This document shows positions 1 through 9,091 of a DNA stretch of 39,007 nucleotides, in pieces. The translations under genes were made by a program, and so were the position numbers. Position 1 is the first letter of the stretch, and each line of letters begins with the position of its first letter. The notes under the pieces are model-generated. The model was not told where the DNA came from and did no database searches. It was given only the letters and a program-made list of their open reading frames with translations. Origin of the DNA: a virus; IMG/VR virus record IMGVR_UViG_3300045988_170670, positions 1 to 39,007 of that record; one strand, written 5' to 3'.

Positions 1-61
<61 letters not shown>

Positions 62-120
62 AATATTAAAACCTTATAAGTACTTAAAATAGTGACTTGT
101 AAGGTTTTTTGTTTATTAAA

Positions 121-143
121 AGTATGCAATAGGTATGCAATAG
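121..143 (+). repeat. Integrase arm-type repeats, left (AGTATGCAATAGGTATGCAATAG)
   Basis: Two TATGCAAT copies 11 bp apart; the same paired motif is at 37670-37694 next to attR. Confidence 0.75.
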
Positions 144-144
144 C

Positions 145-1311
145 TTAAATTATTCTATTTAATTCTTCTTTCATAAAATCCAATGTTACATGTGAATATA
201 CATCATTAGTTAGAGCGCTGTCTTCAACATGACCAACAAAAGATTGAATGACAATTAGTGGCATTTTTTTCTCCTGGCATCTAGTAACAAATGTATGTCT
301 TAAAACATGAGTATGTATTGTTTCTGTTATTTTATATTTGTTATTTAACCTTTTTAAATAACAATTTATTTCACCGTCTGTAATGAATTTATTATCTTCA
401 TAATCCCAAAAGAGCAATCCGTAAATATTAGTGATTTTTTTGTTCATATATTTTTCAATAATTTCTCTAACCATCGGAGACATTGGAATAGTCCTTTTAC
501 CTTTATCAAGTGCCATCTTTTTAACATAAGTTTTAGTATGTTTTCCCAAAATAACTTTGTCATTTTCATCTCTAGTAATAGTTTTATTTATTGTTAAAGT
601 ATTTTCTTTTAAATCTACGCAGTCTTTTGAAATTGCGAGAACTTCGCCAATTCTAGCTCCAATACATAATTGAAGTAAAAGAATATCATTATATATGCAA
701 GGTTCATCTTTTAAGATTTTTTCTAGTTTGTTTTGTTCTTCAATTGTTAGTGCCTTAACCTCCCTTTTTTCTTTTTTAGAAATAGGTTTTGTCAGCATTT
801 CATCATCCATAATATTAAATAATATAATTCTCCTCGAAACAGCAATCCTAAACATTTTATATAATAATGCCCAAATTTTATCTATAACACTATTAGAATA
901 TTCTCTAATTTCTTTTTTAGCTTTTTGGACATCCATTACAGTTACTTTTTGAATAGGCTTATTTATAAAATTAGAGCAAGTTTTTCTTATTTGATTTACA
1001 GTATCTTTATTTCTTCTGTAACTACGAGGACTAATTAAACCATCTTCATATCTTTGGTCTACAATGCTTTCTATTAAATCGATGCAAATGTCTCCTCTTT
1101 TTTCAATGTAAGTGCCTTGAGCAATACTAGCCTTGATATTGTTAAATCTTTTTTTAAAGTCACTTGCTTTTTCATTTTTCCTTTGTTTCAACGTTTTCCT
1201 TTTTCCTGAAGGCTCGACATATTGAGCTACATAACAATGCAATGTTTCACTAAGATAAATCGTGCCTTCTCCATTTCCTCTTGATTTTACTTTTTTGTTT
1301 CTTCTTTCCAT
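145..1311 (-). CDS. int: Tyrosine recombinase/phage integrase
   Basis: Catalytic-type motifs GARIGEVLAI, HVLRHTFVTRC, VGHVEDSALTNDVYSH; position next to attL. Confidence 0.96.
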   Translation of the reverse strand: MERRNKKVKSRGNGEGTIYLSETLHCYVAQYVEPSGKRKTLKQRKNEKASDFKKRFNNIKASIAQGTYIEKRGDICIDLIESIVDQRYEDGLISPRSYRRNKDTVNQIRKTCSNFINKPIQKVTVMDVQKAKKEIREYSNSVIDKIWALLYKMFRIAVSRRIILFNIMDDEMLTKPISKKEKREVKALTIEEQNKLEKILKDEPCIYNDILLLQLCIGARIGEVLAISKDCVDLKENTLTINKTITRDENDKVILGKHTKTYVKKMALDKGKRTIPMSPMVREIIEKYMNKKITNIYGLLFWDYEDNKFITDGEINCYLKRLNNKYKITETIHTHVLRHTFVTRCQEKKMPLIVIQSFVGHVEDSALTNDVYSHVTLDFMKEELNRII

Positions 1312-1472
1312 AATAAAATACCTCCATAAATTTCTTTAAAAATCCATTTACAGAGGCCTTGCACATTTAATAAACTTGTGTTATTATAAATATGCAAAAA
1401 CCTTGTAAAAGGGATTTTGCTTTGTGTTTGGGATAGTGTCTTGTTTGCCGACAGCACTATCCTTTTTTTATA

Positions 1473-1886
1473 TTAAACTAATATACCATATTTTTCAGTA
1501 TAAAAGTTAATACAATCATTCATATAATTATAATCTACATCAAAGTAGTCTGCTAAATCGTATAAGTCAAAACCTTGTGCGATTTTTTCTTTTAACTTTT
1601 TAAATGGTACTAGTACAGAATATGCCCATTTTTTTGCTCTGTTTTCACATTTTCTTTTTAAAGTTATATCAGAGTCAATATAGTACAGAGCACCACAATA
1701 ATAATGACCTAATTCTTCTGCAAGTATTTCTTTTTCTTCAATATAATTGTCTATCCTACTGTAATCAATGCCTATACTATATTCGCTATTTTCTTCAAAG
1801 ATCCTAGCTTTAGCCTTTGACCATTTATAATCTATTATATCTATTTTTTCCTTTTCAGTTAAATTATATAAATCTAATACTTCCAT
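1473..1886 (-). CDS. ImmA/IrrE-family protein (metallopeptidase-like, motif EELGHYY)
   Basis: ILAEELGHYYCGALYY motif; gene abuts the XRE repressor. Confidence 0.8.
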   Translation of the reverse strand: MEVLDLYNLTEKEKIDIIDYKWSKAKARIFEENSEYSIGIDYSRIDNYIEEKEILAEELGHYYCGALYYIDSDITLKRKCENRAKKWAYSVLVPFKKLKEKIAQGFDLYDLADYFDVDYNYMNDCINFYTEKYGILV

Positions 1887-1889
1887 AAT

Positions 1890-2252
1890 CTAATCTTTCT
1901 TTTTCTTTAAACTTTTCTTAAATCTAATAAATTCCTTTAATTCTTCTATTTCTTCATCTGTCAAGCCTTCTGTATCCAAACCATTATTAGAAGCATAACG
2001 AAAATTATCTTCTTTTTTATTTTCAACTAATTCTGCAAAACCAGCTTTAGATAATAAATCGTTGTAATCTATATTATATATAGAAGATAGTTTTTTTAAA
2101 ATAATTGGACTAGGTCTTCGTTTACCGTTTTCCATTAAAGATAGGTAGCTAGGAGATATTTCGCATAATTTATTAACATCATATATGCTATATCCTAGAG
2201 CTTCTCTTATATTTTTTAAATATTTAGCAAGTTCAAGTGTTGAAACTTCCAT
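1890..2252 (-). CDS. XRE-family CI-like repressor
   Basis: HTH: LKNIREALGYSIYDVNKLCEISPSYLSLMENGKRRPS; divergent from a Cro-like gene. Confidence 0.9.
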   Translation of the reverse strand: MEVSTLELAKYLKNIREALGYSIYDVNKLCEISPSYLSLMENGKRRPSPIILKKLSSIYNIDYNDLLSKAGFAELVENKKEDNFRYASNNGLDTEGLTDEEIEELKEFIRFKKSLKKKKD

Positions 2253-2265
2253 CTTGACGACCTCC

Positions 2266-2370
2266 TTACAAGTGTAATTATACTATACAAATTTACAATT
2301 GTAAATATTTTTAAAAAAATTTTCAAAAAACTATTGACAATTGTAAACTAGATGATATAATGTTTACAAC
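2266..2370. promoter_or_regulatory. Lysogeny switch control region: operators (TTACAAGTGTAA 2266-2277; ATTTACAATTGTAAAT 2291-2306; TTGACAATTGTAAA 2334-2347) and rightward promoter TTGACA 2334-2339 / TATAAT 2356-2361
   Basis: Repeated palindromic TTTACAATTGTAAA-like elements between divergent regulators; one overlaps the -35 box. Confidence 0.85.
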
Positions 2371-2400
2371 AGTCAACCAGAAAGGTGGTGTAAAACAAAA

Positions 2401-2646
2401 ATGGCAAATAGAACAGTATATGTAAAAAATTTAGATGATTTTATAGAAAAAATAGTAACGGCAGGCTTTACATATAGGGAATTAGCAAGAAAAGCCAATT
2501 CAAATCCAACTTCAATATCGTTATTAGCTAAAGGAGAAAGAAACCCGAGTCCAGAATTAGCGGTTAATATATGTAAAGCACTAAAATGTAACTTTGATGA
2601 TATTTTTTTTATTAAAAATGTTGACAACAGTAAACACACGAGTTAA
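2401..2646 (+). CDS. Cro-like XRE regulator
   Basis: HTH YRELARKANSNPTSISLLAKGERNPSPELAVNICKAL; RBS AAAGGTGG upstream. Confidence 0.85.
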   Translation: MANRTVYVKNLDDFIEKIVTAGFTYRELARKANSNPTSISLLAKGERNPSPELAVNICKALKCNFDDIFFIKNVDNSKHTS

Positions 2647-2666
2647 ATAAGAAAGAGGGTGATGAG

Positions 2667-2909
2667 TTGGAAGAACTATTAGAAGAACAACGAAAAACAA
2701 ATGAGTTGTTAGAAACTATCCTAAACACAAAGCAAAACAATTTACCAAAATTAATTTATGCAAAAGAGATAGCAAAAAACTATCAAGTAAATTTAAATAA
2801 AGCAACTGAATTTTGCAAAAGATACGGCACAAATTTTGGAGGTTATTGTATAGAAATTGAGAAATTTAAAGAAATTTTACAAACAAAAGGCACAGAAATA
2901 TTCAAATAA
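2667..2909 (+). CDS. Small excisionase/HTH-like DNA-binding protein
   Basis: 80-aa ORF downstream of cro; LPKLIYAKEIAKNYQVNLNKATEFCKRYG resembles a winged-helix/MerR-like fold. Confidence 0.45.
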   Translation: MEELLEEQRKTNELLETILNTKQNNLPKLIYAKEIAKNYQVNLNKATEFCKRYGTNFGGYCIEIEKFKEILQTKGTEIFK

Positions 2910-2925
2910 GAAAGGAGAACCACAA

Positions 2926-3042
2926 ATGAAAAAACATAAAATAAACAAAGCAAAATTAGCAATAAACATATTAAAAGCAGAATGTATGTTTTTACTAGCA
3001 TTAGTATATGACGTAATGTTTATAAGTTATTTATTGAAGTAG
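2926..3042 (+). CDS. Small hypothetical protein, C-terminal hydrophobic segment
   Basis: AAAGGAG RBS; ORF MKKHKINKAKLAINILKAECMFLLALVYDVMFISYLLK. Confidence 0.55.
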   Translation: MKKHKINKAKLAINILKAECMFLLALVYDVMFISYLLK

Positions 3043-3053
3043 GAGGGAAAGTA

Positions 3054-3197
3054 ATGAAAGAAAAAATTGAGAAAATACCAGAGATATGTGCAGAATTATT
3101 AACTATTTATAACGAAATAAAAAGAGAGGCACATAAGGAATGTACCAACTCTTATTCTGAAAATGAAGTTGCAGGAGTTATTCGTAAGAAGGTTTAA
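3054..3197 (+). CDS. Hypothetical 47-aa protein
   Basis: ORF with AGGAGGG RBS; overlaps tail to tail with the minus-strand gene 3178-3408. Confidence 0.5.
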   Translation: MKEKIEKIPEICAELLTIYNEIKREAHKECTNSYSENEVAGVIRKKV

Positions 3198-3408
3198 CTA
3201 AAGTAACTATGTTGCAATCATTGCAGACATATGCATCAAATGCAAAACCTTTGTCAGCATAAATATTATTAGCATTACTATTGTTTTTATCATTTACCTC
3301 AATAGTAGAAATAAAAAGCTTTGCTTGAGGATTGTCTTTAGATTTAATTTTAGAAACATTTATGCTATTGCAATGAGGACATCTTATGTAATTAGTCATT
3401 ATATTCAC
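3178..3408 (-). CDS. Zinc-ribbon protein (CPHC...CNDC) on the strand opposite to the early operon
   Basis: RCPHCNSINVSK...YVCNDCNIVTLV; GAGGTGAAT-ATG RBS; extended -10 TGCTATAAT (minus strand, 3452-3460) upstream. Confidence 0.65.
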   Translation of the reverse strand: MNIMTNYIRCPHCNSINVSKIKSKDNPQAKLFISTIEVNDKNNSNANNIYADKGFAFDAYVCNDCNIVTLVKPSYE

Positions 3409-3519
3409 CTCACTTTCTACAATTAGATATTTTTATCATATGTACAGATTAATTATAGCAAGTGATAAGTGAAAAGAATGTAGAAAAATGTAATAAATAT
3501 AAGAAAGGAGTTGAGAAAT

Positions 3520-3747
3520 ATGTTTAGAAGCAGAAAAGAAATGCAAAGTTTAATTGATTCAAGCAGAAAATCATTAGCAGAAGCAGAACTACAAATAGCA
3601 GAAAGAAACAAATTAATAAAAAAAGAAATAGCAGAAAAAGAACAATTAAAATCTAAAATAAAAGATTTAGAAAACAACATAGAGTTTCTAGTTAATAATT
3701 TAAGTGCTAAAAAAAGAGAACTAGTTCAACCATCACATCAAAACTAG
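3520..3747 (+). CDS. Coiled-coil hypothetical protein
   Basis: AAAGGAG RBS; heptad-like sequence. Confidence 0.6.
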   Translation: MFRSRKEMQSLIDSSRKSLAEAELQIAERNKLIKKEIAEKEQLKSKIKDLENNIEFLVNNLSAKKRELVQPSHQN

Positions 3748-3827
3748 TTCAAAATAAGAATTTGTATAAATTCATATATTTTTATTATACAGATTCTTTC
3801 AAAAAAAGTCAAGAAAGGAAGGTAAAA

Positions 3828-4046
3828 ATGGACTACCTACAAGATAAATACGATGAACTAAATACAATGATAACAGGTTTAAAAGCTTTAATAGATGAAA
3901 TAAGAGATAAATATTACATAGAACAACTAGAAGAAACAATAAGTCAAGCCACAGAGGAATTAGAAAGAATAGAAGAAAAGTTAAAGGCAGAACAAGGACA
4001 AGAGTATCAAGAAATGAATTATCAATATGAAAGGAGTGTAATTTAA
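3828..4046 (+). CDS. Coiled-coil hypothetical protein
   Basis: GGAAGG RBS then MDYLQDKYDELN...; stop overlaps next start (TAATG). Confidence 0.6.
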   Translation: MDYLQDKYDELNTMITGLKALIDEIRDKYYIEQLEETISQATEELERIEEKLKAEQGQEYQEMNYQYERSVI

Positions 4047-4693
4047 TGCTTAAAAGTTATGAAGAATTAAGAAAATTAGATGTAAGCCAATGGACAGAAA
4101 AAAGAGATGGGGCAGATTATCTAAATTGGGCAAAAGTAATAGATTTATTACATGAAAATGGAGCAAAGAAAGTATACTTTGAGCCAATTGCAAATGAATA
4201 TACATATAGCAGTTTGTATATGACAGAACAAGTATTTACAGACAGTAAAAACAACACAAATAGAGTTTATGAAACAGCAGTAAAAATAGTTATAGATGAT
4301 TTAGAATTTATTCAAAGAGGACCTGTAACAAATGGAAGCAATCCAGTCAAAGATAACTCAATGACACAACAAAGGTTGTGGAATTGTCAAACTAGATTGT
4401 TTGTAAAAGGCGTGGCAATAAGAACAGGATTAGGATTTAATTTATGGCTAAAAGAAGAAGAAAAAAACGAAAAAGACAACTGGGAAGATGATTTATCAAA
4501 GCATGACATATTTAAAGTTAAAGAAAGATGTCAACAAATTTATACTCAAAAAATGAAAAGTGGATTAACAACAAAAGAAATTGCAGAAAAATTACACAAA
4601 ACTGAAGATGAGGTAAAAGCAATATTTAGTTATTTTGATACTTTAAGCAATTTTGAAAGGGATTTATCAAACATTGATACAAAGTCAAGATAG
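4046..4693 (+). CDS. DUF1071-type single-strand annealing protein
   Basis: YLNWAKVIDLLHENGA...; followed by YqaJ exonuclease. Confidence 0.75.
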   Translation: MLKSYEELRKLDVSQWTEKRDGADYLNWAKVIDLLHENGAKKVYFEPIANEYTYSSLYMTEQVFTDSKNNTNRVYETAVKIVIDDLEFIQRGPVTNGSNPVKDNSMTQQRLWNCQTRLFVKGVAIRTGLGFNLWLKEEEKNEKDNWEDDLSKHDIFKVKERCQQIYTQKMKSGLTTKEIAEKLHKTEDEVKAIFSYFDTLSNFERDLSNIDTKSR

Positions 4694-5231
4694 AAGTAGC
4701 TTTATAGGTGCAAGTGATACTAGTTTTGTAGTTGGAAATTGGGAAACGAAAACTTTTGAAAATTGGTGGCTTGAAAAATTAGCATTAAACAAAAATAGTT
4801 TTAGCAATGAGGCAACAAAAGCAGGAAACAATTATGAACATAAAATTTTATCAGCACTAAATATTCCAGAGCTAGAATTTGATAAACAGATAATAATAGA
4901 CAGATTAAGAGTAAATTTAGACGGAAACACAAGGGATTGCATTTATGAAGTGAAAACACACAATATAAACAAAGAATTTAAAGTGTCAAAACAATATTGG
5001 AGGCAAGCACAAGTAGAAATGTATGCGTACAATACTAGAAACATATATATAGTTTCATACGCATTGCAGGAAAGTGATTATAAAAACTATTTTAATGAAA
5101 TTGATTTAGATAGAGTTAAATTTCACAAAGTAGAATATGATGAAGATTTTATAAACAACGAGTATTTACCTAATTTAAAAATATTAATGGAATGTTTGAA
5201 AAAGGGAACATTTCCAAGAAAAGAGGATTAA
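4653..5231 (+). CDS. YqaJ/lambda-Exo-like recombinase exonuclease
   Basis: GASDTSFVVGNW...E.KAGNNYEHKI...D..GNTRDCIYEVKTH, ...KQYWRQAQVEMYAY. Confidence 0.75.
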   Translation: MKGIYQTLIQSQDRSSFIGASDTSFVVGNWETKTFENWWLEKLALNKNSFSNEATKAGNNYEHKILSALNIPELEFDKQIIIDRLRVNLDGNTRDCIYEVKTHNINKEFKVSKQYWRQAQVEMYAYNTRNIYIVSYALQESDYKNYFNEIDLDRVKFHKVEYDEDFINNEYLPNLKILMECLKKGTFPRKED

Positions 5232-5531
5232 ATGAAACAGAATTTACAATTAGTAGGGACAACAAGAATATTTGCAAAAGAGCTTAACGGGAAAACAGTT
5301 TATAGTACAAGTATCAGTAGTAAAAACATTGATGGAACATACGACAAAATGTATATTGCAGTACAATTTCCAAAAGGCACAACAATAGAAAACAAAACAG
5401 ATATAACAATAATAGAAAGCTTTATGAGTTTTTACAAAAATAAAGATGGATTAGCAATGCCAAAAATAGTAGTAATGAAATTTGAAAAAGAAGAGCAGGA
5501 AGAAATTAATAATAGCCAATTGCCTTTTTAG
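5232..5531 (+). CDS. Candidate divergent SSB/OB-fold-like protein
   Basis: Follows annealase and exonuclease; acidic region and C-terminal tip ...EEINNSQLPF. Confidence 0.45.
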   Translation: MKQNLQLVGTTRIFAKELNGKTVYSTSISSKNIDGTYDKMYIAVQFPKGTTIENKTDITIIESFMSFYKNKDGLAMPKIVVMKFEKEEQEEINNSQLPF

Positions 5532-5540
5532 GAGGTAATT

Positions 5541-5996
5541 ATGATAGGGACAGCAGAAACGTTAGTAAAATGGTTGTTTAATCAAAAAAGAGAAAAGCTA
5601 TTTGAAGTAAAAGAACATAAAGAAAAGAGAACACTAACACAAAACGCTTATATGTGGAGCTTAATCAATGAAATTGCAAATAAAATGAATTTATCAAAAG
5701 ATGATACATATCTAAAAATGATAAAAGATTATTCGCAATCAATGTTAGTAACAATAAGAGCCGATATAGATGTATCAAAGTTTTTTAAATACTACGATTT
5801 CGAACGAGAAGCCAAAATAAGCGGAGTAAATTTCAAAATATATAAAGTATATGAAGGCAGTTCTCAAATGGACAAAAACGAATTTAGAGTGCTTTTGGAT
5901 GGGGTAATACAAGAAGCACAGCAACTAGGAATACCTACATTGACCCCAAGTGAAATAGAAAAGTTGAGATATATAGAAAATGAAAAAAGAATTTAG
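5541..5996 (+). CDS. NinB-like recombination-associated protein (tentative)
   Basis: KRTLTQNAYMWSLINEIANK motif; recombination gene neighbourhood. Confidence 0.5.
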   Translation: MIGTAETLVKWLFNQKREKLFEVKEHKEKRTLTQNAYMWSLINEIANKMNLSKDDTYLKMIKDYSQSMLVTIRADIDVSKFFKYYDFEREAKISGVNFKIYKVYEGSSQMDKNEFRVLLDGVIQEAQQLGIPTLTPSEIEKLRYIENEKRI

Positions 5997-6000
5997 TATT

Positions 6001-6274
6001 ATGCCTGAAAATCCTTTCTATTCAACAGAAAGATTCCCACGGGAGTGAAAGACATGAAGTGTTTGAAGGTAGAACAGGCAACAGAGATAAATCAATTGAA
6101 GATGGATTAGTAATATTTATTACACCATATCAGCACAGAACAAATAATAATTCAATACACTTAAATCCTAAACAATGGGAATGGTTGAAAGCAATAGCTC
6201 AAAAGGCTTGGCAAGAATATTACGATAAAACAAAAGAAGAATTTAGATTAAGATACGGGAAAAATTATTTATAG
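6001..6274 (+). CDS. HNH-like nuclease, encoded in two frames joined at a CGG (6040-6042)
   Basis: Frame 1 MPENPFYSTERFP then +1 frame GSERHEVFEGRTGNRDKSIEDGLVIFITPYQHR...LKAIAQKAWQ...FRLRYGKNYL. Confidence 0.55.
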
Positions 6275-6286
6275 GAGGAAAGAAAA

Positions 6287-6607
6287 ATGGCAAATAAAAA
6301 TGAAGTAACAATATCAACAGAAGAATATAAAGAACTTATAAGCAAAGGAGTGCCAAATGAAAACGAAAAATGGTTTAAGAATAAATTAGAAGAATTTTTA
6401 TTAGAAAATTTTAAAATAGATGGTAATAAATTAGATATTAAAAATAATTGGGACTTTTGTGATTATTTTGAAAAGTGGTTAAAAATAATTGATAAAGACA
6501 TGTATAAGAGAATTTACAACACATTATATGATGAAAAGATAAAGAAAGAAAACGACAAGATGAAAATGGAAAAAGCAAGAGCAAACAAAGAAATAGATAA
6601 TAAATAA
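6287..6607 (+). CDS. Hypothetical protein
   Basis: ORF with GGAGG RBS. Confidence 0.6.
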   Translation: MANKNEVTISTEEYKELISKGVPNENEKWFKNKLEEFLLENFKIDGNKLDIKNNWDFCDYFEKWLKIIDKDMYKRIYNTLYDEKIKKENDKMKMEKARANKEIDNK

Positions 6608-6663
6608 ACAGCAGGGCTAGACATAAGTTTTAGCCCTTTAATTTTACGAAAGGAAAAGACAAT

Positions 6664-7248
6664 ATGGCAAGAGATAGTTTTATATTTTACAGAAGCTTTT
6701 ATGAAGCAATAAAAGAAGTTCCAGAAGATTCACAATTACAGATATATAAAGCAATTTCTATATATGCATTAGAACAAGAGGAAATAGAATTAACTGGAAT
6801 ATCAAAAGCAATATTTTCATTAGTAAAACCACAACTAGATGCAAACTATAAAAAATATGAAAACGGAAAGCAAAACAAAAGCAAAACAAAAGCAAAAGAC
6901 AAGCAAAAAGAAAACAAAGCAAAAACTAATGTAAATGATAATGATAATGATAATGTAAATGAAAATGCAAATGAAAATAAAAAAGAACAAGAAGAAAAAA
7001 TACACTTTGCAGATTTTGTTTCTATGACCAATGCTGAACATGAAAAACTTGTCAGCACTTATGGAAAAGATTTTGTAGACCAATGTATTACTGTTCTTGA
7101 TAATTATAAGGGTTCTAATGGCAAGACATACAAAAGCGATTATAGAGCCATATTAAATTGGGTTGTTGATAAAGTAAAAGAACAGCAGGCGAAAAATAAA
7201 AAAGATGCAAAATTCGATTTAAGAAAGTGGGCGATGCAAAATGACTAA
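6664..7248 (+). CDS. DnaD-like/DUF6291-type replication initiation protein
   Basis: MARDSFIFYRSFYEAIKEVPEDSQLQIYKAISIYAL N-terminus; low-complexity linker; C-terminal SDYRAILNWVVDKVKE. Confidence 0.65.
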   Translation: MARDSFIFYRSFYEAIKEVPEDSQLQIYKAISIYALEQEEIELTGISKAIFSLVKPQLDANYKKYENGKQNKSKTKAKDKQKENKAKTNVNDNDNDNVNENANENKKEQEEKIHFADFVSMTNAEHEKLVSTYGKDFVDQCITVLDNYKGSNGKTYKSDYRAILNWVVDKVKEQQAKNKKDAKFDLRKWAMQND

Positions 7249-7795
7249 AGCAGAATTTGTAGAGTATATTGAACAAATACAAAATGTATATCATAAAGAA
7301 ATGACTGCAATTGAAGTGGATGTCTGGTATGAAAATTTAAAATTTATGACTATAGAGAGATTTAATTACATACTTTCAGAAATATATAAAACAAATAAGT
7401 TTATGCCTACGTTAGCAGATATCTTACAAGTTCACAAACAAATTCCATATACAGCAAAAAGAGAAGACAAAGAAATAAAAAGTAGTTGTAAAAAATGCAA
7501 CGGAACAGGTTATGTATTTTACACAAAAGAGATAAATAGCAAAAAATATAAATTTTCAGCTGTATGCGATTGTGGAAGGTATGAAAGATATGACGGAACA
7601 AAATGTGCAGACCCTAAAAATAAAAGCAAATATTATATACCAACAATAGCAGAAACAGGGCTAAATATACAAGAAAACAAACCAACAAACGATGAAATAG
7701 TTAGAAGTATGAAAATGCTTCAAAATAGCCCAATAATAAGCGAAGATATAAAAAATATCATAAGAGAAAACTTTAGAAGGAGAGTAAAAGTATGA
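7241..7795 (+). CDS. Replicative helicase loader-like protein with zinc finger
   Basis: G39P-like N-terminus, [12 protein letters not shown]...CDCGRYERY; overlaps the DnaD-like gene. Confidence 0.6.
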   Translation: MTKAEFVEYIEQIQNVYHKEMTAIEVDVWYENLKFMTIERFNYILSEIYKTNKFMPTLADILQVHKQIPYTAKREDKEIKSSCKKCNGTGYVFYTKEINSKKYKFSAVCDCGRYERYDGTKCADPKNKSKYYIPTIAETGLNIQENKPTNDEIVRSMKMLQNSPIISEDIKNIIRENFRRRVKV

Positions 7796-8418
7796 AAATA
7801 GCACAAAAAGATAGAATTATAAATTACATACGAGAATTTGGCAGTATATCAAAAAACAAAGAAATTTGGAGAGATATAGAAGGGTATGAAAGAATATATC
7901 AGGTAAGCAATTTAGGAAACATAAGGAGCTTGCCCCAAATAATAAAAATGAGAAACCAGTACACAGAAAAGCTCTATAATATAAAACCATATGTAGACAA
8001 TAGAGGATATTGTATGGTAAGTCTTTCAATGGATGGTAAGAAAAAACAAAAACAAGTTCACAGATTAGTAGCCCAAGCATTTATACCAAACCCAGAAAAC
8101 AAAACACAAATCAATCATAAAAACGGAATAAAGACAGACAATAGAGTTGATAACCTAGAGTGGAATACTCCAAAAGAAAATACAAATCACGCAATAAGAA
8201 CAGGATTAAAAAAAAGAACAAGAGCTATTTCTGTTGTTCAATTAAGCAAACAAGAGAAATTTATAAAAATATGGAAACCTATAGTACTTGCTGAAAAACA
8301 GCTCAATATATCAAAGGGGAAAATATCTGAATGTTGTAAAGGAAAAAGAAAAACCGCAGGAGGATATATATGGAAGTATGCAAAGGAGTGGAAAAATGAA
8401 GATAACACAAAAGGATAG
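7792..8418 (+). CDS. NUMOD4/HNH homing endonuclease with a recipient-gene-like N-terminus
   Basis: [23 protein letters not shown] (NUMOD4); [46 protein letters not shown] (HNH_3). Confidence 0.93.
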   Translation: MKIAQKDRIINYIREFGSISKNKEIWRDIEGYERIYQVSNLGNIRSLPQIIKMRNQYTEKLYNIKPYVDNRGYCMVSLSMDGKKKQKQVHRLVAQAFIPNPENKTQINHKNGIKTDNRVDNLEWNTPKENTNHAIRTGLKKRTRAISVVQLSKQEKFIKIWKPIVLAEKQLNISKGKISECCKGKRKTAGGYIWKYAKEWKNEDNTKG

Positions 8419-8647
8419 AATTTTAGAATATATTAGAAAATTTGGTTCAATTTCAAGTTTTGAGGCGTATGCAAATTTAGGAATAACACAATTAGGAGCT
8501 AGAATAGACCAGCTCAAAAAAGAGGGCTACGAGTTTAAAACAGAATGGGAAAGCAATACAAACAGATTTGGAGAAAAGACAGATTATAAAAGATATTATT
8601 TAACAGATATAGTTTCAGAGAATATGAACCATATAACACAGATTTAG
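8396..8647 (+). CDS. Small winged-helix/HTH protein (target of homing endonuclease insertion)
   Basis: [47 protein letters not shown]; RBS AAAGGAG inside the 3' end of the homing endonuclease gene. Confidence 0.8.
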   Translation: MKITQKDRILEYIRKFGSISSFEAYANLGITQLGARIDQLKKEGYEFKTEWESNTNRFGEKTDYKRYYLTDIVSENMNHITQI

Positions 8648-8656
8648 GAGGTAGTT

Positions 8657-8938
8657 ATGATAATAGTAAGTCAAGATAGGGATTTAATAATAAACTTTGA
8701 TAATGTAACAGTTATAGGTATTGCACAAAACAATTCGAAAGAAATAGATTCTATAACTGTTGATAAAGAAGAACAATATTTAGGCGAATACAAAACAGAA
8801 GAAAGAGCAAAAGAAGTATTAGCAGAAATAATAAAATCTTATAGAGATTATAGGACAGCAGAATGCGATGGATATACTGATTCTTGTAATAAATTTGTAT
8901 TACAAGAAACAGCAGTTTTTGAAATGCCAGAGGACTAA
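8657..8938 (+). CDS. Hypothetical phage protein
   Basis: ORF with GGAGG RBS. Confidence 0.6.
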   Translation: MIIVSQDRDLIINFDNVTVIGIAQNNSKEIDSITVDKEEQYLGEYKTEERAKEVLAEIIKSYRDYRTAECDGYTDSCNKFVLQETAVFEMPED

Positions 8939-8941
8939 CTT

Positions 8942-9091
8942 ATGACATGTGAAGAAGTAATAAAAAAAGGGCTATGTCTAGGTTGTGGCCTAGCAGAACA
9001 AAACATAAATGCAGATAACTGCAAATATAGAGAACAGTCAGGATTAGATTTGTGTAAAAAAATTTTAGAAGGAGAACAAATGAAAATATGA
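8942..9091 (+). CDS. Small Cys-rich hypothetical protein
   Basis: MTCEEVIKKGLCLGCGLAEQNINADNCKYREQ...; ATGA overlap with next gene. Confidence 0.55.
   Translation: MTCEEVIKKGLCLGCGLAEQNINADNCKYREQSGLDLCKKILEGEQMKI

Noticed and set aside
695-952. Other antisense ORFs in the track such as 695-952, 1604-1807, 2373-2639, 3453-3680, 6835-7083, 13084-13422 and 32455-32742
   Set aside because: They lie fully opposite confident genes and have biased Leu/Phe/Ser-rich composition typical of AT-rich shadow ORFs.
4653-4693. Overlap of annealase and exonuclease ORFs as another shift site
   Set aside because: No CGG is present, and an overlapping TTG start for the exonuclease is enough to explain it.
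6880-6990. AAAC/GATAATGATAATG repeats within the DnaD-like gene as an origin or CRISPR-like repeat
   Set aside because: They encode a low-complexity linker (KSKTKAKDKQKENKAK...NDNDNDNVNENANE); an origin here is possible but not supported by other signals.
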